Shown here piece after piece: positions 1 to 9,882 of a stretch of 32,000 nt of DNA (within the stretch, counting starts at the first letter, position 1; the number at the start of each line of letters is the position of its first letter). The notes under the pieces were generated by a model. That model had not been told where the DNA came from and made no database searches. It saw only the letters and a list, made by a program, of their open reading frames with translations. The translations under genes and the position numbers were made by a program. The DNA comes from Candidatus Saccharimonadota bacterium (GTDB lineage Bacteria > Pseudomonadota > Gammaproteobacteria > Enterobacterales > Enterobacteriaceae): contig CP144768.1 of assembly GCA_036689225.1 (NCBI GenBank), positions 90,001-122,000 on the forward strand. The letters are read 5' to 3'.

Positions 1-495
1 ATTATTTTTTTTTTTATCTAATTTTATTATTTTAAATTCTAATTCTTTTCCTTCTATTTCTGATATATCTTTTATTGGTTTAACATCTATTAATGAACCT
101 GGTAAAAATGCTTTTATTCCATCTATATTTACAGTTAATCCACCTTTAACTTTACCATTAATAATTCCTTTAATATTTAGTGATTTATTATATGATTTTT
201 CTATATTTAATCATGTTTCATATTTTTTAGCTTTTTCTCTTGATAATAGAGTTTCTCCTCATTCACTTGCTATATCATCTATAGATAAATCTACTATATC
301 ATTTATATTTATGTTTATTTTTCCATTTATATCTTTAAATTGTTCTATTGGTATATATGATTCTGATTTTAATCCTGAATCTATAATTACTATATTATGT
401 TTTATGTCTATAACTTTTCCTTTAATTATAGAACCATATTTTAAATTTTTTTTTTTGATTGATTTTTTAAATAATTTATTAAATAATTTATTCAT
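1..495 (-). CDS. rpsA: 30S ribosomal protein S1, N-terminal part (3' end runs off the window)
   Basis: The start is ATG at 495. [38 protein letters not shown] parallels E. coli S1 MTESFAQLFEESL..GSIVRGVVV..AGLKSESAIPAEQFK. Reading TGA at 259-261 as a sense codon continues with [11 protein letters not shown], exactly as in S1. The 495 nt form 165 codons in frame down to position 1. Confidence 0.95.
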
Positions 496-536
496 ATTAT
501 TTTATATATATGTATATTTTTAGTTTAAATATAATT

Positions 537-995
537 TTAAAATGTTAAATCATCGAAATCTATAGATAAATCTTCATTTTTATTATTATCTATTTTTTTT
601 TTTTTTATATTATTATTATTATTATTATTGTTATTAATATTATTATTTTTATTACCTAACATTTTCATTGTTCCTTTTGAATTTACTATTATTTCTGTTA
701 TATATTTTTCATATCCATTTTTATCTTTTCATTTTCTTGTTTGTAATGATCCTTCTATATATATTTGTGATCCTTTTTTTAAATATTTTGAAGCTATTTC
801 TGCTAATTTACCAAATAATATTACTTTATGTCATTGTGTTTTTTCTTTTTTTTCCCCTGTTTTTTTATCTTTTCATATTTCTGATGTAGCTATACTTAAA
901 TTTATAATTGCATTTCCATTTGAAGTATATTTTATTTCTGGTTTTTGACCTAAATTACCTATTAAAATTACTTTATTTATACCTTTACTAGTCAT
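537..995 (-). CDS. ssb: single-stranded DNA-binding protein
   Basis: The gene is 152 aa under table 4. [96 protein letters not shown] is an OB-fold SSB with three TGA=Trp codons at classic SSB Trp positions. An N/K-rich linker follows, then the acidic tip IDFDDLTF (canonical DFDDDIPF). The stop is TAA at 537-539. The plus-strand ORFs 628..948 and 668..889 are antisense shadows. Confidence 0.95.
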
Positions 996-1107
996 TTTAT
1001 TATTTTAGATTAATATTTTTATATATATTTAATTATAATGTATATATATAAAAATATATATATTAATTATTTTGTTTTTTTATATTATATATATTATAAT
1101 ATTTATT

Positions 1108-2475
1108 TTAATTATAGTTATCAAATTTTGATATTTCTCCATTAAATATTAGATTTATTTTTCCTATAGGTCCATTTCTTTGTTTACCTATTATTATTTC
1201 AGCAATTCCTTTAGATTTTATTTTATCATTATATAATTCATCTCTATATATAAACATTATTAAATCTGCATCTTGTTCTATTGATCCAGATTCTCTAAGA
1301 TCTGAATTAACTGGTCTTTTGTCTATTCTTTGTTCAGAAGATCTATTTAATTGAGATAAAGCTATTATAGGTATTTTTAATTCTTTAGCTAATAATTTTA
1401 ATGAACGTGAAATATCTGCTATTTCTAAAGCTCTATTTTCTAATGTAGAAGATGATTTCATTAATTGCAAATAATCTATCATTACTAAACTTAATCCTTT
1501 ATTTTCTTTGTATATTTTTCTAGTTTTTGATCTTATTTCATTATGTGTAATTGTACATGAATCATCTATAAATATATTATTTTTTTTTTTAAGTAAGTCT
1601 ATTATATTTGATATTTTTATTCAATCTTGATAATTTAGTTTACCTGTTTTTATTTTACTTTGTTCTATTCTAGATAAAGAAGATATTATTTTTATTATTA
1701 TTTGTTCTGATGACATTTCTAAACTAAATATTAATACTGGTTTTTTTTGATTAATTGATATATTTTCACATAAATTAATAGCAAATGTTGTTTTACCCAT
1801 TGATGGTCTACTTGCTATTATTATTAAATCTGATTTTTGTAATCCAAAAGTTTTTTTATTTAAATCTTTATAACCTGTATCTATTCCTGTTATATCAAAA
1901 CTTGGATTTTTATATAATTTTTTTATTTTTTTTTTAGTTTTTTTTAATATAGAATTTATGTTAATTGGATTATTATTTTTATTAATTTTTTTTTCTGATA
2001 TTTTTAATATTTTTGATTCTGCTATATTAATTATATCTTTACTATTTTTACCTTTAGGATTATAACTTATTAATATAATTTCATTAGCTATATTTATTAT
2101 TTCTCTAATTATTGATTTTTCTTTTATTATTTCAGCATAATAATTTATATTAGTTAAATTATTTATATTTTGTGAAATTTCAACTAAGTAATTAAAACCT
2201 CCTATTATTTCTAATTTTTTATTTTTTTCTAATGATTCTGATAAACTAATTAAATCTATTGGTTTATATAATATAAATAATTTATTCATTTCATTAAATA
2301 TTATTTGATGAGATTTATAAAAAAAATCTTTTTTTTCTATAATTTTATTTATATTATCTCAATTATTATTATTTAAAATTAATCCTCCTAATACTGATTG
2401 TTCTGCTTCAATAGAATATGGTTGTATATTATTTTTTTTATTTACATTTTGAATATATTTTTTATTTTTTTCCAT
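1108..2475 (-). CDS. dnaB: replicative DNA helicase DnaB
   Basis: The gene is 455 aa, joined across in-frame TGAs (for example 1621-1623, giving the W in ..KLNYQDW, E. coli DDEDW). It carries QPYSIEAEQSVLGGLILNNNNW, Walker A ASRPSMGKTTFAINL, MIDYLQLM, ALSQLNRSSEQRIDKRPVNSDLRESGSIEQDADLIMFIYRDE and IIGKQRNGPIG. The length of 1368 nt is a multiple of 3, and a TAA lies immediately upstream of the ATG at 2475. Confidence 0.97.
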
Positions 2476-2684
2476 ATATTATTATAGTTTTTATTTTAAA
2501 TTAAATATTATTTGTAATTTAAATTTTATTTTTTATAAAATTATTATTAATATGTTTTTATAATAATTTATATATAATTATATTTTTTATTATTTTATTT
2601 TTTCTAAATAATTATATATTAATTATTATAATTATAATTTTAATTATAATTAAATATTAAATTAATAAATTTATTTATATAATT

Positions 2685-3245
2685 TTATTTTTTTTTAAAT
2701 AAAAAAAATTTATTATTTTGGTTTTTTTTTTTTTTATATATTTTTCAAGTATTTGGTATATTTATATATTTATTTTTTTTATGTGTTTCTATATATATTA
2801 AACTATTTTTTTTTATTAATTTATTTTTTTCTATTATTTCAATAGATTTATTTAATATATTAATCATTTTATATGGAGGATCTATAAAAATTAAATCTAA
2901 TTTTATGTTTTTATTTTTTTTTAATCAAGTTATTAAATTTATATTTATTATTTTATAATTTTTATAATTTATTTTTTTTAAATTTTTTTTTATATTTTTA
3001 TATATTTTATAATTTTTTTCTATAAAAAATACAAATTTTGCATTATTAGATAAACATTCTATACCTAATATTCCACTTCCTGAAAAGCAATCTAAACATA
3101 TTTTGTTTTTTATATTATTATTTAATCAATTAAAAATTGTTTTTCTTACTTTTATTAAAGTAGGTTTTAATAATTTATTATTTATTGTTTTTATATGTAT
3201 ATTTTTTAATTTTCCTGATATTATTTTTATATATTTTTTTTTCAT
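2685..3245 (-). CDS. rsmD: 16S rRNA (guanine966-N2)-methyltransferase RsmD
   Basis: The gene is 186 aa under table 4. ..LKPTLIKVRKTIFNWLNNNIKNKICLDCFSGSGILGIECLSNNA..LIFIDPPY.. matches RsmD (E. coli LRPTTDRVRETLFNWL..CLDCFAGSGALGLEALSR..VFVDPPF). Three in-frame TGA codons are read as Trp. The stop is TAA at 2685-2687. Confidence 0.85.
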
Positions 3246-3346
3246 ATTATATTTTATATTTTATAATATAAATTATTTAATGTTTATTAAAATATATTTT
3301 AATATATATATATAATATATTTATATTTATATTATTATGTATTAAT

Positions 3347-4204
3347 ATGTTTAATAATATTATTAATTCTAATTTATTTAATAAAAATAATTTAAATTCT
3401 TATATATATATGGTTAATTCTTTACCTGTTTTATCTTTAGAAAAAGAACATAAATTAATTACTAGATTTTATTATTATGGTGATTTAGAATCAATAAAAG
3501 AATTAATTTTATTAAATTTACGTTTTGTTATATATATAACAAAAAATTATTCTGGTTATGGTTTATCTAGATTAGATTTAATTCAAGAAGGTAATATTGG
3601 TTTAATGAAATCCATAAAAAAATTTAATCCTTTTTTTGGTGTTAGATTAATATCTTTTGCTATTCATTGAATTAAAGCAGAAATACATAATTATATATTA
3701 AAGAATTGGAGAATTGTAAAAATTGCTACAACTAAATCTCAACGTAAATTATTTTTTAATTTAAGAAAAATTAAAAAAAAAATGGGGTGGTTTAATAATA
3801 AAGAAATAAAATTTATTTCTAGTAAATTAAATGTTTCTAAAAAAGATATAATAGAAATGGAATCTAGAATGTTTAATAAAGATATAGAAATAGATTTTAA
3901 TATAAATAATTTTAATAAAAATAAGTTTTTAAATATTTTAGGAGATAAAAATTCTAATTTTGCTAATAATATAGAAATATATAATTGAAAAAAATATATT
4001 TTTAAAAAATTAAAATTTTCTTTAAATATATTAGATAATAGAAGTAAATATATAATTATTTCAAGATGATTAAATAATAAGAAAAAAAAAACATTAAAAA
4101 AATTGGCTGAATATTATTCAGTTTCTGCTGAAAGAATTCGTCAAATAGAAAAAAATGCTATGAAAAAAATAAAAATATTTTTAAAAAATAAAAGTAATTT
4201 TTAG
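3347..4204 (+). CDS. rpoH: RNA polymerase sigma-32 (heat-shock sigma factor)
   Basis: The gene is 285 aa, joined over 3 TGAs. Region 2 reads [62 protein letters not shown], which includes the RpoH box QRKLFFNLR. Region 4 reads TLKKLAEYYSVSAERIRQIEKNAMKK. The gene uses both TGG (3788-3790) and TGA for Trp. The stop is TAG at 4202-4204. Confidence 0.93.
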
Positions 4205-4252
4205 AATTTATTTTGTTTTTATTATTAATGATTTTATATTTATAGGTTTTTT

Positions 4253-4777
4253 GTGACTACTATATTATGTGTTAGAAAAAAAAATTTAGTTGTTATGGGT
4301 GGTGATGGACAAGCTACTTTTGGTAATGTTATTTTAAAAAGTAATGTAAAAAAAGTTCGTAAATTATATTCAAATAAAATTATTGCTGGTTTTGCTGGTG
4401 GTACAGCTGATGCTTTTACATTATTTGAATGTTTTGAAAAAAAATTAGAAATTTATCAAGGTAATATTATAAAATCAGCTGTTGAATTAGCTAAAGATTG
4501 AAGAACAGATAGAAATTTAAGAAAATTAGAAGCTTTATTAGCTATTGCAGATATTAAATATTCTTTAATAATTACTGGTAATGGTGATATTATTCAACCT
4601 GAAAATGATTTAATTGCTATTGGTAGTGGAGGTTCTTATGCATTAGCTTCTGCAAGATCTTTATTAGAAAATACTGATTTAAATGCTCGTTGTATAGTAA
4701 AAAAATCTTTATCTATTTCAGCTGATATATGTTTATATACTAATCATAATTTTATTATAGAAGAATTATGTTATTAA
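4253..4777 (+). CDS. hslV: ATP-dependent protease subunit HslV
   Basis: The start is GTG at 4253, followed by the catalytic Thr (M)[33 protein letters not shown] is present, and [21 protein letters not shown] has TGA 4499-4501 at the conserved Trp (E. coli ELAKDWRTDR). The C-terminus ..[16 protein letters not shown] resembles E. coli ..ICIYTNHFHTIEELSY. The stop is TAA at 4775-4777. Confidence 0.96.
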
Positions 4778-4798
4778 TATTTTTTAAAAGGTTAAAAT

Positions 4799-6118
4799 AT
4801 GTATAATGAAATGACTCCTCAAGAAATTGTAAATGAATTAAATAAATTTATTATTGGTCAAGATAATGCTAAAAAAGCAGTTGCTATTGCTTTAAGAAAT
4901 AGATGACGTAGAATGCAATTAACTAAAGAATTTAGAAATGAAATTACTCCTAAAAATATTTTAATGATAGGACCTACTGGTGTAGGTAAAACTGAAATAG
5001 CTCGTCGTTTAGCTAAATTAAGTAATTCTCCTTTTATTAAAGTGGAAGCTACTAAATTTACTGAAGTAGGTTATGTTGGTAAAGAAGTTGATTCTATAAT
5101 AAGAGATTTAATAGATTATGCTGTAAAAATGATTAAAAATCAAACTATAGAAATTAATATATTAAAAGCTAAAAAAATAGCTGAAAAACGTGTATTTAAT
5201 ATTTTAATTCAAAATTTAGATAAAAATAATGATAAAAATTATGTTATAGAAAAAGATTCTATATTACATAAATTACGTAATGGAGATTTAGATAATAAAA
5301 TTATTGATGTTAATATTAATATTCCTTCATTAGGAATAGAAATAATGTCTCCTCCTGGTATGGAAGATATGACTAATCAATTACAATCTATTTTTCGTAA
5401 TTTGAGTAGTAAAAAAAAAAAAATACATAAATTAAAAATAAAAGATGCTATGAATTTACTTATTGAAGAAGAATCATCTAAATTAGTTAATTTTGATGAT
5501 GTTAAACGTAGAGCTATTGATTTAGTAGAACAACAAGGTATTGTTTTTATTGATGAAATTGATAAAGTTTGTAAAAGAGGAGAAATTAGTGATTCTGGTG
5601 TATCTAGAGAAGGAGTTCAAAGAGATTTATTACCTTTAATAGAAGGTTGTACAGTATCTACTAAATATGGTGTTATTAAAACTGATTATATATTATTTAT
5701 AGCTTCAGGATCTTTTCAATTTTGTAGTCCTTCAGATTTAATACCTGAATTACAAGGTAGATTACCTATTAAAGTAGAATTAAGTGCTTTAACAAATAAA
5801 GATTTTGAAAGAATTTTAGTTGAACCAGATATTTCTATTACATCACAATATAAAAATTTATTAAAAGTTGAAGGTGTTAAAATAAGTTTTACTAATGATG
5901 GAATAAAGTCTTTAGCTAATATTTCTTGAAAGATTAATGAAAATACAGATAATATAGGTGCTAGAAGATTACATACAGTATTAGAAAAATTAATGGAAGA
6001 TATATCTTTTAATGCTAATAAATATAAAAATAAATCAATTTTAATAGATTCTAAATATGTAAATTTAAAATTAAATAATTTAATTATAAGTGAAGATTTA
6101 AGTAAATTTATATTATAA
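4799..6118 (+). CDS. hslU: ATP-dependent protease ATPase subunit HslU
   Basis: The gene is 439 aa. [41 protein letters not shown] is nearly identical to the E. coli HslU N-terminus, with TGA 4904-4906 at the conserved Trp. Walker A reads [21 protein letters not shown] and Walker B reads [19 protein letters not shown] is present, and a second TGA is read as W in ..[21 protein letters not shown]. Confidence 0.97.
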
Positions 6119-6144
6119 TTATTTATTATTTTTTTTTAATATTA

Positions 6145-6190
6145 TATATATATAATATATATAATATATATAATATATATAATATATATA
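6145..6190. repeat. tandem 9-bp repeat (AATATATAT) x4 plus partial copy
   Basis: Read directly from the sequence. Unit starts are at 6154, 6163, 6172 and 6181, with a related partial unit before them. The repeat lies in the hslU-orf91 spacer. Confidence 0.85.
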
Positions 6191-6260
6191 AATTATATTT
6201 TAAAATATTTGGTATTTTTATTTATTTTATATTATATATTTGATAATATATTATATATTT

Positions 6261-6536
6261 ATGAAATTTAAAAATTGAAATAGAAATATAGCTATAAATA
6301 TAGCTTTTAAAGAAAATATTATTTTAAATATATATTATTGAAGAATAATTTTTTATTTTAGATTTTATTATTTAAAAAATAAAATTATTCCTAATACAAG
6401 AAATTTATTAAATTTTTTAAATAAAAGATATAATTATAAATATAATAGTTTATATTTATTTAAATTATTTCCAAAAGGAGTAATAAAACAAATTACTAAA
6501 ATTTCTTGTTTACCTAATAATATGCAATGTTTTTAG
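6261..6536 (+). CDS. hypothetical 91-aa protein (orphan; open only under table 4)
   Basis: The frame runs from ATG at 6261 to TAG at 6534-6536 and contains two in-frame TGAs. It translates to MKFKNWNRNIAINIAFKENIILNIYYWRIIFYFRFYYLKNKIIPNTRNLLNFLNKRYNYKYNSLYLFKLFPKGVIKQITKISCLPNNMQCF. A stretch of 91 codons without TAA or TAG is improbable by chance in DNA this AT-rich. I recognise no homologue. Confidence 0.3.
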
Positions 6537-6549
6537 TTAAATATAAATT

Positions 6550-6762
6550 ATGAAAAAAAAAATACATCCTAAAATTTTTAGTTTAAAAATAAGTTGTTCT
6601 TGTGGAAATATAATAAATATTTTATCTACATTAAAAAATAATTTTTTTGTAGATGTTTGTTATAAATGTCATTCTTATTATACAGGAAAACAAAAAACTT
6701 CCTTTTCTAAAGGAAGAATAGAAAATTTAAAAAAAAGATTTAATAATATAAATTATATATAG
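6550..6762 (+). CDS. rpmE: 50S ribosomal protein L31
   Basis: MKKKIHPKIFSLKISCSCGNIINILSTL..VDVCYKCHSYYTGKQK..GRIENLKKRFN matches L31 (E. coli [47 protein letters not shown]), including the Cys motif. The stop is TAG at 6760-6762. Confidence 0.93.
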   Translation: MKKKIHPKIFSLKISCSCGNIINILSTLKNNFFVDVCYKCHSYYTGKQKTSFSKGRIENLKKRFNNINYI

Positions 6763-6778
6763 TATATATTATATATAA

Positions 6779-6798
6779 TATATATATATATATATATA
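6779..6798. repeat. (TA)10 dinucleotide repeat
   Basis: Read directly from the sequence. It sits between the convergent rpmE and murA ends and abuts the murA stop codon at 6799-6801. Confidence 0.85.
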
Positions 6799-8058
6799 TT
6801 AATTTATTTTTATATTTAAATTTTTAAATTTTTCTATTATATTTTCATATCCTCTATATACATGATATATAGATTTTATTATTGTTTTACCATATGCAAT
6901 ACATCCTGCTAGTATTAATGTTATTGAACATCTTAAATCTTTTGCAATTATAGTTTTACCAAAAATTTTTTTTACTCCATAACATATAATTTTATTATTT
7001 ATATTTTTTATTTTTGCACCCATTTTTTTTAATTCTTTAATATGTGAAAATCTTTTTTTAAATATATTTTCTATTATAATACTATTTCCTTTAGAAATAG
7101 AATTAAGTAATGTAAATTGTGGTTGCATATCTGTAGGAAAATTTGGATATGGATTAGTAATAATATTTACTGATTTACATCTTTTATTTTTCATATCTAA
7201 CATTATAAAATCATTTTTAATTTTAATTTTTGCTCCAGATAATTTTAATTTATTTATTATACATTTTAATAAATTAGGATTTGTATTATAACAAATTATT
7301 TTTCCTTTTGATATTGCGGATGCTAATAGATATGTTCCTGTTTCTATTCTATCTGGTAATATTTTATATATTATACATGATGATAATTTTTTAATTCCAT
7401 ATATAATTATTGTATTTGTTCCTGCTCCATATATATTTGCTCCTGATTTATTTAAAAAATTTATTGTATCTATTATTTCAGGTTCTTTAGAAGAATTTTT
7501 TATTATAGTTTTTCCTTTTATAAATATTGATGCTAATATACTTGTAATTGTAGCTCCTATACTTTTTTTTTTAAAAAAAATTATATTTGATTTTAATTTT
7601 TTATTTATTTTAGCTTTTATAATATTATTTTTATATTTTATTTTTACTCCTAAACATTTTAATGCATATAAATGTAAATCTATTGGTCTAGAACCTAGAT
7701 TACATCCTCCTGGAGTATTTAAAGTAATTTTTTTACATCTTATTAAAATTGGACTTAATAATCATATAGATGCTCTAATTTTTTTAATTAAATTTAATGG
7801 AAAATAATTATTATTTATATTTTTTGAGTTTATTATTATAGTATTTTTTTCTCTTATTATTTTTATACCTATTTTTTTAAATAATTTTAAAGTTATATTT
7901 ATATCTTCTATATTTGGTATATTTTTTATTGTTATTTCTTCTTTTATTAATAAAGAACTATATAATATTGGTAAAGCTGAATTTTTTGATCCTGATATTT
8001 TAACTTCTCCTTTTATTTTATTTGGTCCTAATATTATAAATTTATTTTTTTTTTTCAT
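6799..8058 (-). CDS. murA: UDP-N-acetylglucosamine 1-carboxyvinyltransferase
   Basis: The gene is 419 aa, joined at TGA 7762-7764 (..KKIRASIW-LLSPIL, E. coli TMRASIWALGPL). It carries GEVKISGSKNSALPIL, the catalytic Cys loop TPGGCNLGSRPIDLH, ILPDRIETGT, FPTDMQPQFTLL and DLRCSITLILAGCIA..IYHVYRGYE. The length of 1260 nt is a multiple of 3. Confidence 0.96.
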
Positions 8059-8821
8059 TATTATTTTTTATTATATTTAATATTTTAATAAAATTTTTTA
8101 TTTTAAGTGAATAATTACCTATTAATAATCCATCTATATTTTTTTGTGTTATAATTTTTTTTATATTTTTTATATTTATTGAACCTCCATATAATATTTT
8201 AATATTTTTAATATTTTTTTTACTTTTTTTATATATATAATTTTTAATATAAATATTTATTTTATTTATATGTTTTATATTTGCTATTTGTCCTGTACCT
8301 ATAGCTCATATTGGTTCATAAGCTATTATTATATTTTTAAATATATTAATATTATTTTTTTTTATTATATATTTTATTTGATTTTTACATATTTTTAAAC
8401 TTTTTTTATTTTTATAATCTTTTATATTTTCTCCTATACATAATATAGGAATTATTTTATTTTTTTGTGCTAATATAATTTTTTTTAATATAATTTTATT
8501 GTTTTCTTTATGATTTTTTCTTCTTTCTGAATGTCCAATTAATGTATATTTTATTCCAATATCTTGTAACATTATTGGAGATGTTTCTCCTGTATAAGGT
8601 CCTATTAAATTTTTATCAATATTTTGTGATATTAAATTTATATTTTTATTTTTTTTAATTATTTTTTTTATTTTATATAAATATATTATTGGAGGTGCTA
8701 TTAATATTAATATTTTATTATTTTTATTATATTTATTATATTTTATTAGTTTTTTAAAATATTTTTTTATAAATTTTAAATTTCCATTTAATTTTCAATT
8801 AGCTATAATTATTTTTTTCAT
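8042..8821 (-). CDS. tpiA: triosephosphate isomerase
   Basis: The gene is 259 aa. MKKIIIANW-KLNGN has TGA at 8795-8797, GHSERR is present, ILCIGEN is present, and AYEPIW-AIGTG has TGA at 8306-8308. ILYGGSIN is also present. The 3' end reads ..IKNNNEKKK-TAA, with the stop at 8042-8044, so it overlaps the murA start by 17 nt. Confidence 0.93.
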
Positions 8822-8932
8822 ATTTTATATATTTTTAAATTAATAATATTTATATTATAATTTAATTTATTAAATTATTATAAATATGTTATATTATTAT
8901 ATAAATAATTTATAATTTTTATTAAATATAAT

Positions 8933-9859
8933 ATGAAATATAAATCTGCTTTTTTAGATAGTATTAATAATTTTTTAAATATTAAAGAAAATGGAATATA
9001 TATAGATTGTACATTTGGTTGTGGTTATCATTCTCTTAAAATATTAAATTATTTAGGAAAAAAAGGTAAATTATATTCTTTTGATTGCGATTATGATTCT
9101 ATTAAAATTGGAAAAAAAATAATTAAAGATAATCGTATAAAATTAATAAATGATAATTTTATTAATTTAGAATATTATATTAAATTATTTAATTTATATA
9201 AAAAAATTGATGGTATTATTTTTGATTTAGGATTATCTTCTATACAATTGGATAATTCTATCAGAGGTTTTTCTTTTTTAAAAAATGGTCCTTTGGATAT
9301 GAGAATGAATCAAAAATTAGGTTTTCCTTTAAAAATTTGAATTAATAAAGCAAAAGAAAAAAATATTTATAATATAATAAAAAAATATGGACAAGATTAT
9401 AATTCTAAAAGAATATCAAAAAATATATTTTTATATTGTAAAAATAAAATTTTAAAAACTACTAATGATTTATCTAATATAGTAAAATATTCTGTAAATA
9501 ATTATAAAGATTATAAAAGTAAAGCTAGAGTTTTTCAAGCTTTTAGAATATTTATTAATAATGAATTATTTAATTTAAAAAATATTTTATATAAATGTTA
9601 TAAATTTTTGTCTAAAAAAGGTAGATTAGTTATAATTAGTTTTAATTCATTAGAAGATAAAATAGTAAAAGAATTTATTAAAATAAAATCAGATAGTAAT
9701 TATTCATTAATTAATAATATACCTTTAACTATTAATCAAATTAATAATTTTAATCCACCTGAATTAATTAATTTAGGTAAATTTAAACCTTTAAAAAAAG
9801 ATATTATTATAAATAATAGAATAAGAAGTGCTATATTAAGAGTTGCAGAAAAAATTTAG
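8933..9859 (+). CDS. rsmH: 16S rRNA (cytosine1402-N4)-methyltransferase RsmH/MraW
   Basis: The gene is 308 aa with one internal TGA. GIYIDCTFGCGYHS, IDGIIFDLGLSSIQLD..RGFSFLKNGPLDMRM, RVFQAFRIFINNEL, GRLVIISFNSLEDKIVK and RSAILRVAEK all parallel E. coli RsmH. The stop is TAG at 9857-9859. Confidence 0.93.
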
Positions 9860-9882
9860 TTTTGTTTAATAAGAGGTTTTTT

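Noticed and set aside
311-948. Plus-strand ORFs 311..523, 628..948 and 668..889 from the track, which are Phe/Ile/Leu-rich.
   Set aside because: They lie antisense to rpsA and ssb, both of which have unambiguous homology. Their composition is the mirror image of Lys/Asn-rich coding sequence, so I treat them as shadow ORFs.
2476-2684. The 209-nt dnaB|rsmD spacer, along with other spacers, as a possible small ORF or structured ncRNA.
   Set aside because: All six frames are dense with TAA and TAG. The sequence has none of the G+C enrichment that marks the only structured RNAs visible here, the tRNAs at 30382..30548.
3103-3315. Plus-strand ORF of 70 aa.
   Set aside because: It is antisense to the well-supported rsmD and is a shadow ORF.
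6145-6190. The tandem 9-mers as a CRISPR array or a mobile-element terminus.
   Set aside because: The units are contiguous with no spacers, only 9 bp long and pure A/T. No cas or transposase gene lies nearby.
9862-9882. The TTG at 9862 (from the track) as the murE start.
   Set aside because: The in-frame TTG at 9883 follows an AAGAGG Shine-Dalgarno sequence at ideal spacing and aligns with the E. coli MurE N-terminus. The start at 9862 remains possible.
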